The position numbers and the translations under genes were made by a program. From Synechococcus sp. (GTDB lineage: Bacteria; Cyanobacteriota; Cyanobacteriia; PCC-6307; Cyanobiaceae), in contig JBJBDL010000003.1 of the NCBI GenBank assembly GCA_047285305.1, positions 2,052,228 to 2,116,227 on the forward strand: a DNA stretch of 64,000 nucleotides. The letters run 5' to 3'. Below, one piece after another: positions 10,449-21,013 of this stretch (position 1 is the stretch's first letter; each line of letters opens with the position of its first letter). Below the pieces are notes generated by a model. It did not search any database. It was not told where the DNA came from and saw only the letters and a list, made by a program, of their open reading frames with translations.

Positions 10449-11879
10449 TTAAGACCCCAGAACAGCCGCCGATTGCGGGCTGACAATTTGGTTGTCAACA
10501 ATTCCCAGCGTCCAAACGAGGGATTGTCCCGAGTCGATGGTTAGGGGCACAGGGTTGGAGCGACTTCGGTTGATCACGACTCGCAGACCATCCGCAACGC
10601 CCTCCATCACGTCCGCCCCTTGGGCTGACCAGCGCAGACCTTCTCTGCGCAAGACCCCATGGGTAGAGCGGAGTTCTGCAAGTGACTGGATGAATGGGCG
10701 CAGATCAGCACTCCAGGGAACGTCCCAGGGATAGGCCTCACGGCAGGCCGGTCCAGGACCGCTGGAGGGGCCTGATTCAGGACCACCCGCCAGGGCAGCT
10801 TCAGTGCCGTAGTAAATGCATGGCGCTCCCGGATGGAGGAAGAGCAGCAGCAGAGCCAACTTCAGGGCCGCAACGTCGTTGTTGAGGCTGTGAAGTGCAC
10901 GGGGCACGTCATGGCTGTCGAGCAGGTTCATCTGGGCCCTTTTGACCACCTCCCGGGTGGAACGCGTTGTTGTCGTCCAGATGGTCAACAAAGACTGCCC
11001 ATCCAGGGGGTCAAGGGGATAGTCGGAATTGCGGTAGTCCCGCCGCAACACTTCAGCGGCGGCCCAGCAAAGGATGCTCCATCCCAGCCGGTAATTCATC
11101 ACGCCATCGAAGTGGTTGCCCTGCAGCCAGGGGGTCGCATCACCCCACACCTCTCCAACAATCCAGGCCTCCGGGTTGGTCGCACGCACCATCTGCCGGA
11201 ACTCAACCCAGAAGTCGGCCGGCACCTCGGCAGGGACGTCGAGACGCCAGCCGTCAATCCCCTGCTCGAGCCAGTGACGGCCCACCGCCAGCAGATGCTC
11301 CCGAACCCCTGGATTGGCATGGTTGAACTTGGGCAGATCCGGCAAGGCCCACCAACCGTCGTAACCACAGTCCTCGCCAGGGGCGGGATAGGGCTTCAGG
11401 GGCCAACGGTGCACATGGAACCAATCCCGGTACGGCGAATCCGCACCGTTTTCCACCACGTGATGAAAGGCCCAAAAGCCGCGGCCGCAGTGGTTGAACA
11501 CCCCATCCAGAACCAACCTCATGCCGCGCTGATGCACGGCATCGATCAGGTCCGTGAGTGCTGCATTGCCCCCCATCAGGGGATCCACCTCGAAATAGTC
11601 GTAGGCGTGATAGCGATGGTTGGCAGCTGAGCTGAAGATCGGCGTGAGATAGAGGCAGGTGATGCCCATAGCTTGGAGCTGATCGAGAGCATCGATGACG
11701 CCGTAGAGATCCCCGCCCTGGAATCCCTCCTTGCGAGGGTCCGCCCCCCAGGGCTTCAAAGCGAGATGGCGCTGCGCATCGACGCGGCCACTGCGGCGAA
11801 AACGGTCGGGAAAAATTTGATAAATCACCGCGTCCGCCACCCAGGCGGGGGGATCGCGAAACGACGTGGTCGCTGCCAA
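10449..11879 (-). CDS. GH13 neopullulanase/cyclomaltodextrinase-like glycoside hydrolase
   Basis: YQIFPDRF, NHRYHAYDY, LDGVFNH, GWRLDV, VGEVW, LDSHD (catalytic D/E/D present). Confidence 0.88.
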   Translation of the reverse strand: MAATTSFRDPPAWVADAVIYQIFPDRFRRSGRVDAQRHLALKPWGADPRKEGFQGGDLYGVIDALDQLQAMGITCLYLTPIFSSAANHRYHAYDYFEVDPLMGGNAALTDLIDAVHQRGMRLVLDGVFNHCGRGFWAFHHVVENGADSPYRDWFHVHRWPLKPYPAPGEDCGYDGWWALPDLPKFNHANPGVREHLLAVGRHWLEQGIDGWRLDVPAEVPADFWVEFRQMVRATNPEAWIVGEVWGDATPWLQGNHFDGVMNYRLGWSILCWAAAEVLRRDYRNSDYPLDPLDGQSLLTIWTTTTRSTREVVKRAQMNLLDSHDVPRALHSLNNDVAALKLALLLLFLHPGAPCIYYGTEAALAGGPESGPSSGPGPACREAYPWDVPWSADLRPFIQSLAELRSTHGVLRREGLRWSAQGADVMEGVADGLRVVINRSRSNPVPLTIDSGQSLVWTLGIVDNQIVSPQSAAVLGS

Positions 11880-11930
11880 AACCTTTGCAGTCAGCCTTCT
11901 CCTGGCTAGCAGGAGAGAAAGACCTTGGCC

Positions 11931-13436
11931 ATGGCTGAACAGCCTCTCCTTCTGGCCCTCGATCAGGGCACCAGCAGCTCCAGAGCCGCGCTGTTCAGCA
12001 GCTCAGGGGATCTGGTGCTCAGCGCCAGTGCACCGCTGCCGATTTCCTACCCCGCCGATGGATGGGTGGAACAAGACCCGATGGCGATCTGGACCAGCCA
12101 GCGGCAGGCCCTGGTGCAGCTCGATTCAAAGCTCAGTGAGGGGCAGCGCAAAGCGGTAGTGAGCTGCGGCATCACCAACCAACGGGAAACCTCCGTGCTC
12201 TGGCGCCGCAGCAATGGCCTCCCCTGCGGACCGGCCCTTGTCTGGCAGGACGGCCGCACCGCCTCCATCTGCGACGCCTGGAAGCAGCAGGGACTGGAGC
12301 AGGAGTGGTGCCGGCGCACGGGCTTGCTGCTCGACCCCTACTTCAGTGCCAGCAAGATCCGCTGGATGCTCGACCACTACGCAGACGCCCAGGCTGCCGC
12401 GGCCAGCGATGACCTCTGTTTCGGCACGGTGGAAAGCTGGCTGCTCTGGCAACTCACCGGCGGCCAGCGCCACGGCAGTGACATGAGCAATGCCAGCCGA
12501 ACGCTGCTGATGGACCTGGAGCAGCAGCACTGGGTGGATGACTTCCGAGAGCCCACAGGGCTCCCCGCCAGCGCTCTGCCCGAACTGCTGCCCTGCCGCG
12601 GAGAGTTTGGGCACATGGCTGCGGACCTTCCCTTTGCAGGCTTGCCGATCCAGGCCATGCTCGGCGACCAACAGGCCGCCACTCTGGGCCAGCTCTGTCT
12701 GCAGCCAGGAGAAGGGAAGTGCACTTACGGCACGGGGGCTTTTCTGGTGATCAACACCGGCGATGTCGTCCGCCGCTCAGATGCGGGGCTGCTCAGCACC
12801 CTCGGCTGGACGGATGCCGCTGGAACACCCAGCTTCTGCCTTGAGGGAAGTCTGTTCAACGCCGGCACCGTCATCCAGTGGCTCCGGGATGGGCTGCAAA
12901 TCATTGAGCAAGCCCCCCAGGTCAACGAACTGGCGCGTTCGGTACCGGATTCAGGAGGGGTGATGCTCGTGCCCGCCTTCACCGGCTGGGGGACACCGCA
13001 CTGGGATCCCCAGGCACGCGGTGTTCTGGTGGGCCTCACTCGTGACAGCGGACGCGGTCACATCGCCCGCGCTGCACTTGAGGGGATCGCCCTGTCGGTA
13101 GCGACATTGGTGGCGCTTGCCGAAGAGGCCCTCGGGAGCGACTTGGGTGAACTGGCGGTGGATGGTGGCGCCGCGGCCTCCGACCCTCTGCTGCAGGCGC
13201 AGGCGGATTGCACCGGTCTGACGGTGCGGCGACCCGCCAGCCTCGAGAGCACCGCCCGGGGGGTAGCGCTGTTCGCAGGCCTCCAGGCTGGGGTGATAAC
13301 CGACCTGGAGCAGCTCGCGACCGCGCGGAGGGACGGAGCGGAACTGTTCCACCCGCAGATGGATGCATCCCAGCGCGACCGCTGGCGGACACGCTGGCAG
13401 GACGCCGTCTCTAGAAGCCTGGGGTGGCATGGCTGA
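11931..13436 (+). CDS. glpK: Glycerol kinase
   Basis: LALDQGTSSSRA, GITNQRET, WQDGRT, DPYFSASK, GDQQAA, KCTYGTGAF. Confidence 0.93.
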   Translation: MAEQPLLLALDQGTSSSRAALFSSSGDLVLSASAPLPISYPADGWVEQDPMAIWTSQRQALVQLDSKLSEGQRKAVVSCGITNQRETSVLWRRSNGLPCGPALVWQDGRTASICDAWKQQGLEQEWCRRTGLLLDPYFSASKIRWMLDHYADAQAAAASDDLCFGTVESWLLWQLTGGQRHGSDMSNASRTLLMDLEQQHWVDDFREPTGLPASALPELLPCRGEFGHMAADLPFAGLPIQAMLGDQQAATLGQLCLQPGEGKCTYGTGAFLVINTGDVVRRSDAGLLSTLGWTDAAGTPSFCLEGSLFNAGTVIQWLRDGLQIIEQAPQVNELARSVPDSGGVMLVPAFTGWGTPHWDPQARGVLVGLTRDSGRGHIARAALEGIALSVATLVALAEEALGSDLGELAVDGGAAASDPLLQAQADCTGLTVRRPASLESTARGVALFAGLQAGVITDLEQLATARRDGAELFHPQMDASQRDRWRTRWQDAVSRSLGWHG

Positions 13437-15006
13437 TCACCAGGTGGACCTGCTGGTCATCGGCGCCGGTGCCAGCGGTGCCAGCGTGGCCTATGAGGCA
13501 ACACGACGGGGGCTGAGCGTGGCCCTGCTCGAGGCCGGAGACATCGGCGGTGGCACCAGTTGCCGCAGCACGAAACTGCTCCATGGCGGGGTGCGCTACC
13601 TGGAACTGGCCTTTAAAACTCTGGACGTGGCCCAGCTGAGGCTGGTGCGGGAAGCCCTGCTCGAACGGAGCCACTGGTTGGCCCAGGCACCGTTCTTGGC
13701 CCAACGACTCGAGCTGGCCCTGCCCACACAACAGCTCTGGGGACAGGCCTACTACCGACTTGGTCTGGGGATTTACGACGCCCTGGCCGGTCAGCGAAGC
13801 ATCGGCCACAGCCGACTGCTGTCCCAGCAGCAGATGCGTCAGGCCCTGCCTCTACTGAAGGCGTGTCAGGGCGGCGTGGCCTACAGCGACGGGCAGTTCG
13901 ACGATGCACGACTCAACCTGCTGTTGGCCTTCACCGCCGAGCAACGGGGGGCAACCCTGCGCACCCGTTGCCGGGTGGTGGAGCTGGAGACTGATGGCAC
14001 GGGCCAGCTCAAGGCCGCCATCAGTGAATCCGCCACGGGCAAACGGGCACGCTGGTGCGCCTCAGCATTTGTAAATGCCACGGGCATCCGGGCGGATGAG
14101 ATCCGCCAGATGGCGGAGGCTGATGCCCCCCCAAGGCTGCTCACCAGCCGTGGGGCCCACATCGTGCTGGAGCAGAACCTCTGCCCCGAAGGACTTGGGC
14201 TTCTGGTGCCATCCACCGCGGATGGACGCGTGCTGTTCATGCTCCCCTTCCACGGCCGCACCCTGGTGGGGACGACGGATGAAGCCTGCACCAAGGAGAA
14301 CGCCACATCCCCTTCTCCAGAGGAGGAGGCCTACCTGCTCAACTACGTGCGTGATTGGTTTCCCCAGCTCCAGCATCCGCAGGTGAGCAGCCGATGGGCG
14401 GGAGGACGGCCGCTGCTGAAGCCAGCGGACCAGGCCATGGACAGCAGCCGTGTGGTGCGGGAGCACGAGGTGGAAACCCTGGCCTGCGGCCTGGTGAGCG
14501 TGATGGGGGGCAAGTGGACCACTTGCCGGCCGATGGCTGAAGACACCCTGACCGCGGTGGAACGCCAGCTTGGGAAGGCGCTGCCCACTCCTGACGCAAT
14601 GCCCTTGCAAGGTGCAGCGGAGTCGCTGGAGGCCACCCAGCACGGCCTCCAAAACCAGAAACACCAACTCGAAGCCCTGCTTCCCGACACCGCCCTCAAA
14701 GCTGCGCAAGTCGCCCATCTCCAAAGCACCTACGGCTTGGAGGCCGTGGCCTTGATCGAAACCGCGCAGCCCAGCCGACGCGAACCCCTCAGCCCGGTGA
14801 TCCCCCTCTGCGGCGCAGAACTGGACCATTCGATTCAGCGGGAACATGCGCGAAGCAGCAGCGATGTGCTGGCCCGCCGCTGCCGTCTGGCCATGGTGGA
14901 TTTGAACGAGGCCGAGCGACTTAGGCCCCACGTGGAGGAGCTGCTGGATCAGGCGGGCGTGGCAGCAGGCTCCACCTCTCCGATCAGCCACCAGTTGAAT
15001 CCATAG
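13429..15006 (+). CDS. glpD: FAD-dependent glycerol-3-phosphate dehydrogenase
   Basis: IGAGASG FAD motif, TSCRSTKLLHGGVRYL, DGQFDDAR, GGKWTTCR. ATG overlaps the end of glpK. Confidence 0.9.
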   Translation: MADHQVDLLVIGAGASGASVAYEATRRGLSVALLEAGDIGGGTSCRSTKLLHGGVRYLELAFKTLDVAQLRLVREALLERSHWLAQAPFLAQRLELALPTQQLWGQAYYRLGLGIYDALAGQRSIGHSRLLSQQQMRQALPLLKACQGGVAYSDGQFDDARLNLLLAFTAEQRGATLRTRCRVVELETDGTGQLKAAISESATGKRARWCASAFVNATGIRADEIRQMAEADAPPRLLTSRGAHIVLEQNLCPEGLGLLVPSTADGRVLFMLPFHGRTLVGTTDEACTKENATSPSPEEEAYLLNYVRDWFPQLQHPQVSSRWAGGRPLLKPADQAMDSSRVVREHEVETLACGLVSVMGGKWTTCRPMAEDTLTAVERQLGKALPTPDAMPLQGAAESLEATQHGLQNQKHQLEALLPDTALKAAQVAHLQSTYGLEAVALIETAQPSRREPLSPVIPLCGAELDHSIQREHARSSSDVLARRCRLAMVDLNEAERLRPHVEELLDQAGVAAGSTSPISHQLNP

Positions 15007-16610
15007 GGCGGAAGGTTCACGAACCACTCCGCCGCAGCGGGCGGGAATTCACAGCCCCACATCACCTCACGGGTGCGCTCACCAGCCCACTCCGACAGAT
15101 CCAAACTGAGCGAGGCTCCGGCGGCGGTGACATTGGCGGCCACGAGTACCGTCATCGCCTTGGTGCAGCGGAGATACACCAGCACTCCGGGGTGGGGGCT
15201 GTGCAACAACCGGAAGCTTCCATGCCGCAGTGCTGGCAGCAGCCGGCGGCAGGTGAGCATGCGCCGGTGCCAATTCAACAGCGACCCCGGCAGCTGCTTC
15301 TGCACCTCCACATTCACCACGCGGTAGTCGTAGCCGGGAGCGGTGATCGGTGGCAGCACCAACAGCGGATCGGGGGCCGTGGAGAAGCCACCGTTGCGGG
15401 CCGGCGTCCAGGCCATCGGCGTGCGGTTTGGATCACGGTCCCGCAGACCAGGCCAGTCGCCCATGCCCAGTTCATCGCCGTAATAAAGGCAGGGCATCCC
15501 TGGAAGGCTGTAGAGGAGCCCATGCAGCAACCGGTTGGAGCGTGGATCGCCATTGAGAAGAGGAGCCAGGCGTCGGTTGATGCCCCAGTTCAACCAGTGC
15601 CCCTGTCCCTGGGGCAGGCCCACCCTGATGGTCTGAATCACGTCATCGCTGATGAGATGACCATCCCCCAACCAGAGTTCATCGTGATTGCGCAGCGGCA
15701 GGGCCCAGCGAGGACCAGATACCGCCTGCTCGGCTTGCATCAGACACTCCCCGAGCTGCTGGGTGCGGCCACTGGCAATGGCGGCAAACAGATGGGCGGT
15801 GAGCACGAAGTTGAACGCTCCATGCAGTTCGTCATCCGCCAGATATGGAGCGGCCTCCTCCACCGGCTGAATCGCCTCTCCCAGCAAGAGCACATCACGG
15901 CCATGGGCATCCACCCGCTCCCGCAATCGCTTGAGGAAAGCGTGGGTCTCCGGCAACCCCTCGCAGCGGGTGCCCTCTGACTCAAACAAGAACGGAACCG
16001 CATCCAAACGGAAGCCATCAACGCCGCGATCCAGCCAGAAGTCGACCACCTCCAGCATCGTGTCCTGCACCCAGGGGTTCTCGTAATTGAGATCGGGTTG
16101 ATGACGCAGAAAACGGTGCAGGTAGTACTGCTCGGCAACCGGATCCCACTCCCAGTTGGAAGCCTCGAAGTGCCGAAACAGAACCGGTGCCTCGGCGTAG
16201 CGCTTGGGGTCGTCGCTCCAGACGTACACATCCCGTTCAGGGCTGCCCTTAGGAGCCCAGCGGGCCCGCTGGAACCAAGGATGCAGGTCACTGGTGTGGT
16301 TCAGCACCAGGTCCAAAATCACCCGCATGCCCTGGCTGTGGGCCGCCGTGAGGAACCGATGGAAGGAGGAGAGATCCCCCAGGTCCGGATGGATTCCGGT
16401 GAAATCCGTGATGTCGTAGCCCCCGTCCCGCAGGGGGGAGGGATAGATCGGAGTCAACCAGAGGGTGTTAACCCCCAGCCAACGCAGATAGGGCAACCGC
16501 GCCGCAAGCCCCTTGAAATCACCGGTGCCATCGCCATTCCCATCGGAATAGCTGCGAACGATCAGTTGATAGATGACAGTCCCTGACCACCACGGAAGCT
16601 CTGGGGTCAT
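14949..16610 (-). CDS. GH13 trehalose synthase-like (TreS) maltose glucosylmutase / alpha-glucosidase
   Basis: SPLRDGGYDI, DLVLNHTS, HRFLRHQPDLN, GFRLDAV, GEA, LRNHDEL, GINRRLAPLL. Confidence 0.85.
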   Translation of the reverse strand: MTPELPWWSGTVIYQLIVRSYSDGNGDGTGDFKGLAARLPYLRWLGVNTLWLTPIYPSPLRDGGYDITDFTGIHPDLGDLSSFHRFLTAAHSQGMRVILDLVLNHTSDLHPWFQRARWAPKGSPERDVYVWSDDPKRYAEAPVLFRHFEASNWEWDPVAEQYYLHRFLRHQPDLNYENPWVQDTMLEVVDFWLDRGVDGFRLDAVPFLFESEGTRCEGLPETHAFLKRLRERVDAHGRDVLLLGEAIQPVEEAAPYLADDELHGAFNFVLTAHLFAAIASGRTQQLGECLMQAEQAVSGPRWALPLRNHDELWLGDGHLISDDVIQTIRVGLPQGQGHWLNWGINRRLAPLLNGDPRSNRLLHGLLYSLPGMPCLYYGDELGMGDWPGLRDRDPNRTPMAWTPARNGGFSTAPDPLLVLPPITAPGYDYRVVNVEVQKQLPGSLLNWHRRMLTCRRLLPALRHGSFRLLHSPHPGVLVYLRCTKAMTVLVAANVTAAGASLSLDLSEWAGERTREVMWGCEFPPAAAEWFVNLPPYGFNWWLIGEVEPAATPA

Positions 16611-16664
16611 CCCCCGGTTGCAGATTCACCACTGCTAGACCCGACTGGCCTGATCGTCAGCCCT

Positions 16665-18044
16665 GTGGCCCTCACCCAAACGCAACTGAGCCGGATGAAG
16701 GAGCTCGTTGGGGCTGGGCTGACCCGACCCCTGGCCTGGCGCCGAGAGCAATTGGAACGTCTCTCCGCCCTAGTAGAGGAGCACGAATCGGAGGTGCTCG
16801 AGGCCCTCGCCGCCGACCTCGGCAAACCACCCACCGAAGCCTTTTTTGAGCTGGTGGCCCTGCGACAGGAGCTCAAGCTCACCGGCCGGCAGCTGGAGCG
16901 GTGGATGCGTCCGCGTCATGTGGCTGTCCCTCTCTCACTGCGCCCCGGCCAGGCCAAGGTTGTGCCGGAACCACTCGGGTGCGTTCTGGTGATCGGACCT
17001 TGGAACTATCCCTTTCAACTGACGCTGCGACCCTTGATCAGTGCCCTGGCTGCTGGCAACACGGCCGTGCTCAAGCCCTCGGAACACGCCCGTGCCATCG
17101 CGAATCTGATCGCACGGCTTATCCCCAAGCACTTCGAGCCAGAGGTGGTGCAGGTGGTGCAAGGAGATGGTGCCGTCGCGGCCAAACTGGTGGCCATGCC
17201 CTTCGACCACATCTTTTTCACCGGTGGCGGCAGCATCGGCCGGAAGGTGCTGGCGGGGGCCGCTGCCCACCTCATACCGGTGACCCTGGAACTGGGGGGC
17301 AAGAGCCCCGCCATAGTTCTGGAGGGGGCCGACCTGACGGTAGGGGCGCGTCGCTTGATCTGGGGCAAGGGGATCAATGCCGGCCAGACCTGCATCGCTC
17401 CAGACCATCTGCTGGTGCCACCCGCCCTGCGTTCACCGCTGCTGAAGGCGATGGAGGAGGCCCGAACGGAGATGTATGGCGCCGATCCCCTCAACTCGAA
17501 TCAGCTGGGTCAGATCATCAATGAGAGCCAGTTCAATCGGCTGGAGCAGCTGCTGGAGTCCGCCAGAGCGGATGGGCGCATCCTGATCGGAGGTGAAATC
17601 AGCCGAGAGCAGCGGCGCATCGCCCCCACCGTGATTCGTGTGGATGACCGCAATGATCCGCTGATGGCCGAGGAACTATTCGGCCCTCTCCTGCCTGTGC
17701 TGGTGCTGGACGACCTCACCACAGCCCTTCAGGAGATCCGCCAAGGGCCCAAACCGTTGGCGCTGTATCTATTCGGCGGCAATGAGTCCCAGCAACAGCA
17801 GGTGCTCACCACCACCAGCTCAGGTGGGGTCTGCCTGAACGATGTTGTGATGCAGGCCGGGGTGCCACAACTGCCCTTCGGTGGCGTCGGCGCCAGCGGG
17901 ATGGGCAGCTACCACGGTCAAAGCGGCTTCGACACTTTCAGCCACCACAAGGCGGTGCTCAAGCGCCCCTTCCGCTTTGATTTCAAGCTGCGCTACCCGC
18001 CCTACAAGGTGGATCTCAACCTGCTGAAGCGGCTGGCGGGGTAA
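16665..18044 (+). CDS. Aldehyde dehydrogenase (ALDH3-like)
   Basis: [37 protein letters not shown]. Confidence 0.92.
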   Translation: MALTQTQLSRMKELVGAGLTRPLAWRREQLERLSALVEEHESEVLEALAADLGKPPTEAFFELVALRQELKLTGRQLERWMRPRHVAVPLSLRPGQAKVVPEPLGCVLVIGPWNYPFQLTLRPLISALAAGNTAVLKPSEHARAIANLIARLIPKHFEPEVVQVVQGDGAVAAKLVAMPFDHIFFTGGGSIGRKVLAGAAAHLIPVTLELGGKSPAIVLEGADLTVGARRLIWGKGINAGQTCIAPDHLLVPPALRSPLLKAMEEARTEMYGADPLNSNQLGQIINESQFNRLEQLLESARADGRILIGGEISREQRRIAPTVIRVDDRNDPLMAEELFGPLLPVLVLDDLTTALQEIRQGPKPLALYLFGGNESQQQQVLTTTSSGGVCLNDVVMQAGVPQLPFGGVGASGMGSYHGQSGFDTFSHHKAVLKRPFRFDFKLRYPPYKVDLNLLKRLAG

Positions 18045-18142
18045 GGCGCGCGCATCACCAGCACATCCCTGCTGCAGCAAGTGCTCTGGGGGCTGGCGCT
18101 TTACCCCAGGCACCGTATGTTGCGGGCATCTGCCGGAGACGA

Positions 18143-19477
18143 ATGCGCCGTACCGCTCTTGCCGCCCTGCTGCTGACGGCCTGGTTCCCCCTGTCAGCCA
18201 CGGCTGCCTCGGTGACGGTGCGATCCGGCGAGACGCTCTCGGATATTGCTTACCGCTACGGCGTGAGTGTTGGCACCCTGATGCGGATGAATGGCATCCG
18301 TAATCCAGACAACCTGCAAGTCGGACAAAGCTTGCAGGTGCCAGGCCCCACCGTCACGACGAGCTCGGGCAGCCATCGAGTCAAGAGTGGTGAGACGCTC
18401 TCGGATATTTCTTACCGCTACGGCGTGAGTGTTGGCACCCTGATGCAGATGAATGGCATCCGTAATCCAGACAACCTGCAAGTCGGACAAAGCTTGCAGG
18501 TGCCAGGCCCCACCGTCACGACGAGCTCGGGCAGCCATCGAGTCAAGAGTGGTGAGACGCTCTCGGATATTTCTTACCGCTACGGCGTGAGTGTTGGCAC
18601 CCTGATGCGGATGAATGGCATCCGTAATCCAGACAACCTGCACGTCGGACAAAGCTTGCAAGTGCTAAGCCCCACCGTCACGACGAGCTCGGGCAGCCAT
18701 CGAGTCAAGAGTGGTGAGACGCTCAGCACCATTGCCAGCCGATACCAAGTCAGCAGTCGCGACCTGATTGCCCTCAACAACCTGCGCAATGCAAATCACA
18801 TAAACGTCGATCAGACCCTGCAACTCCCTGGGAACGCAGTGATGCCACGTCCGGCCTTCAAGTCTGTTGCTGTGCAACCGATCCCGGGAGCTACAGAACA
18901 CACCGTTGCCAAAGGACAGACCCTCACGCAGATCGCCAAGGCCTACAAGCTGCCGGTAGCCAGCCTGATCCGCATCAACCAGCTGAGCGACCCCAACAGA
19001 GTGGAAGTAGGCACGCGCCTTTATCTGACGGATCCCTCCTTCCAGAGACCCATCACCGCCAAACCACAGCCTGCAAAAACGGAACCGTTAGTCACAGCCA
19101 GCACATCAGTTGTGACGGTCGAGCCAACAGCTCACTCAAAGTCGAAACCAGTACAAACCAAACCCGTTCAGGCCAAAAAACCGCTGGTCAAGGCCAAGTC
19201 GGTCGAGGCCGCCAAGCCCAAGCAGACCCTGGCCAAAACGGCTAAGTGGCGCACCTATGGCCCGCTCCAGGTGGACTGGGGCAACTGGCAAGCCATGGGT
19301 GGCAGTCAAGTGGTGCCCACCCTCAATGCCCAGGGGCAGGCTCTTTACATAGCTGTGAACTGTCCCGCGAGAAAGATCAATGCCACCGATGCCAATGGGA
19401 GCTGGAAAACCTGGGAGGCGCCTAAGAAGCGCTTCGAAAAAGACCTGGTGGAGGACCGTTGTCAGGTCAAGGCCTGA
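18143..19477 (+). CDS. Secreted LysM peptidoglycan-binding protein (5 LysM domains)
   Basis: Signal peptide, repeated [26 protein letters not shown]-rich linker, C-terminal [11 protein letters not shown] region. Confidence 0.9.
   Translation: MRRTALAALLLTAWFPLSATAASVTVRSGETLSDIAYRYGVSVGTLMRMNGIRNPDNLQVGQSLQVPGPTVTTSSGSHRVKSGETLSDISYRYGVSVGTLMQMNGIRNPDNLQVGQSLQVPGPTVTTSSGSHRVKSGETLSDISYRYGVSVGTLMRMNGIRNPDNLHVGQSLQVLSPTVTTSSGSHRVKSGETLSTIASRYQVSSRDLIALNNLRNANHINVDQTLQLPGNAVMPRPAFKSVAVQPIPGATEHTVAKGQTLTQIAKAYKLPVASLIRINQLSDPNRVEVGTRLYLTDPSFQRPITAKPQPAKTEPLVTASTSVVTVEPTAHSKSKPVQTKPVQAKKPLVKAKSVEAAKPKQTLAKTAKWRTYGPLQVDWGNWQAMGGSQVVPTLNAQGQALYIAVNCPARKINATDANGSWKTWEAPKKRFEKDLVEDRCQVKA
18230..18724 (+). 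repeat. Tandem repeat with a 162-bp unit (3 near-identical copies plus the first bases of a 4th)
   Basis: GAGACGCTC recurs at 18230, 18392, 18554 and 18716; units differ at only a few bases. Confidence 0.95.
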
Positions 19478-19483
19478 TCTGAA

Positions 19484-20965
19484 TCAGGCGGCGTAATCGA
19501 GCGGCCAGGGGGAATCCAGGAATCTCCGGCCGCTTTCGCGGAGATAAAGCCGCTGAGCACCGTCGTTGCTTTCCTGGATCAACTCCTCTTGCACGAGCCG
19601 ACGGGCCAACCAGGTCCAGCGGTCATGGCGCCCGGGTTCATGCAAAGCCAAGTGCTCTCCAAGCCGACGCATCTCCGTGCCGTCCTGCTCGGCCAGATGG
19701 GCCAGGAGCGTTTCCACCTGAGCTGACCAGTCGCGGCGTTTGGGGGAGTCCACGCAGCGATCGCAGCGACCACAGGGACCCACCAGCTCGCCGACAGCCA
19801 GCAGCAACGCCTGTTCACGGCACATTTCACCCTCAGCGACGGCCTCCATGCGACGCAGCTGCTGCTGTGCCAGGTCCAGACGGCGACGGTCCTCAAAGGC
19901 ATCGCTGCCCCGGGCCGAGGCCCGCATGGCCCAGCCCAGGCTGGTGCGATCACCCGGCGAAAACAGCACCTGGCAATGGGCCGGATTGCCGTCTCTGCCG
20001 GCACGTCCCGATTCCTGCAGATAGCCCTCAGGTGTGGCAGGTAGATCGAGATGAAGCACCAAGCCCACATCGCCACGGTCAACGCCCATGCCGAAGGCCA
20101 CAGTCGCCACCAGAACGGGCCGCTCGTGCTGAAGAAACAGCTTCAGAGCCTGCTGGCGGGTCTCCGGATCCAGACCGGCGTGATACGGCGTTGCGGCAAC
20201 CCCTTGGTCAGCAAGACGTTCCGCCCACTGCTCCACCGAACGACGGGTACGGGCATAAATCAGCGCAGCACCACGGGACATCTCCAGTGCCTCCAATACT
20301 TGCGGCATGGGGTCCCTGGGGCGCCGCTGCATCGTGTAGTGCAGGTTGTCCCGGCGGGCCGAACTCACCTGCACGAGCGGGCGACGCAGATCCAGCAAGC
20401 GAATGATGTCGGCCCGAACCCTTGGGGCTGCCGTCGCGCTGAGGGCCAGGATCGGCACTCCCGGGCAGAGGCTGCGGATCTGACCCAGGCGGCGGTAATC
20501 GGGGCGAAAGTCATGCCCCCAGGCACTGATGCAATGGGCTTCATCCACCGCCAGGGCCACCAGTCGGCCCTCCGTGGCATGACGCTCCAGCATCAGCCGG
20601 GTCTGCTCACCCTGAAGTCTTTCCGGCGCGATGTAGAGGAGACGCAGCGTGGCGTCCTGCAGCTGCTGCAGGGCCTGCTGTCGTCGAGCTGGCTCGAGTC
20701 CGGCATGCAGGCAGGCCGCAACGATTCCTCGTCGCTGCAGGGCCATCACCTGGTCCTCCATCAGCGCCACCAACGGTGAGATCACCACCACCAAGCCCTC
20801 GCGCACCAGGGCCGGCAGCTGATAGCAGAGCGACTTACCTCCACCGGTGGGCAGCACCGCCAACGCGTCCCTGCCAGCAAGCACAGCATCCACCACGGGC
20901 CGTTGCCCGGGGCGGAAGCCATCCCAGCCGAAGTGGGTCTGCAGTGCACGCTCGAGCGAAGCCAG
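19484..20965 (-). CDS. recQ: RecQ family ATP-dependent DNA helicase (start extended to a CTG)
   Basis: LPTGGGKSLCYQ, DEAH, SAWGHDFRPDY, ATVAFGMG, QESGRAGRDG, Cys cluster. Motif 0 (FGWDGFRPGQ) lies in frame upstream of the ORF-track start at 20896. Confidence 0.9.
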   Translation of the reverse strand: MASLERALQTHFGWDGFRPGQRPVVDAVLAGRDALAVLPTGGGKSLCYQLPALVREGLVVVISPLVALMEDQVMALQRRGIVAACLHAGLEPARRQQALQQLQDATLRLLYIAPERLQGEQTRLMLERHATEGRLVALAVDEAHCISAWGHDFRPDYRRLGQIRSLCPGVPILALSATAAPRVRADIIRLLDLRRPLVQVSSARRDNLHYTMQRRPRDPMPQVLEALEMSRGAALIYARTRRSVEQWAERLADQGVAATPYHAGLDPETRQQALKLFLQHERPVLVATVAFGMGVDRGDVGLVLHLDLPATPEGYLQESGRAGRDGNPAHCQVLFSPGDRTSLGWAMRASARGSDAFEDRRRLDLAQQQLRRMEAVAEGEMCREQALLLAVGELVGPCGRCDRCVDSPKRRDWSAQVETLLAHLAEQDGTEMRRLGEHLALHEPGRHDRWTWLARRLVQEELIQESNDGAQRLYLRESGRRFLDSPWPLDYAA

Positions 20966-21013
20966 AACACACCAGATGTGGAGGCTTCAGATTATCGGGC
21001 ACAAGATCTGGAG

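Noticed and set aside
18194..18661. Repeat region read as a CRISPR array or as a minus-strand repeat protein
   Set aside because: The units are contiguous 162-bp coding repeats with no unique spacers and no cas genes; the minus ORF is a shadow of the LysM gene.
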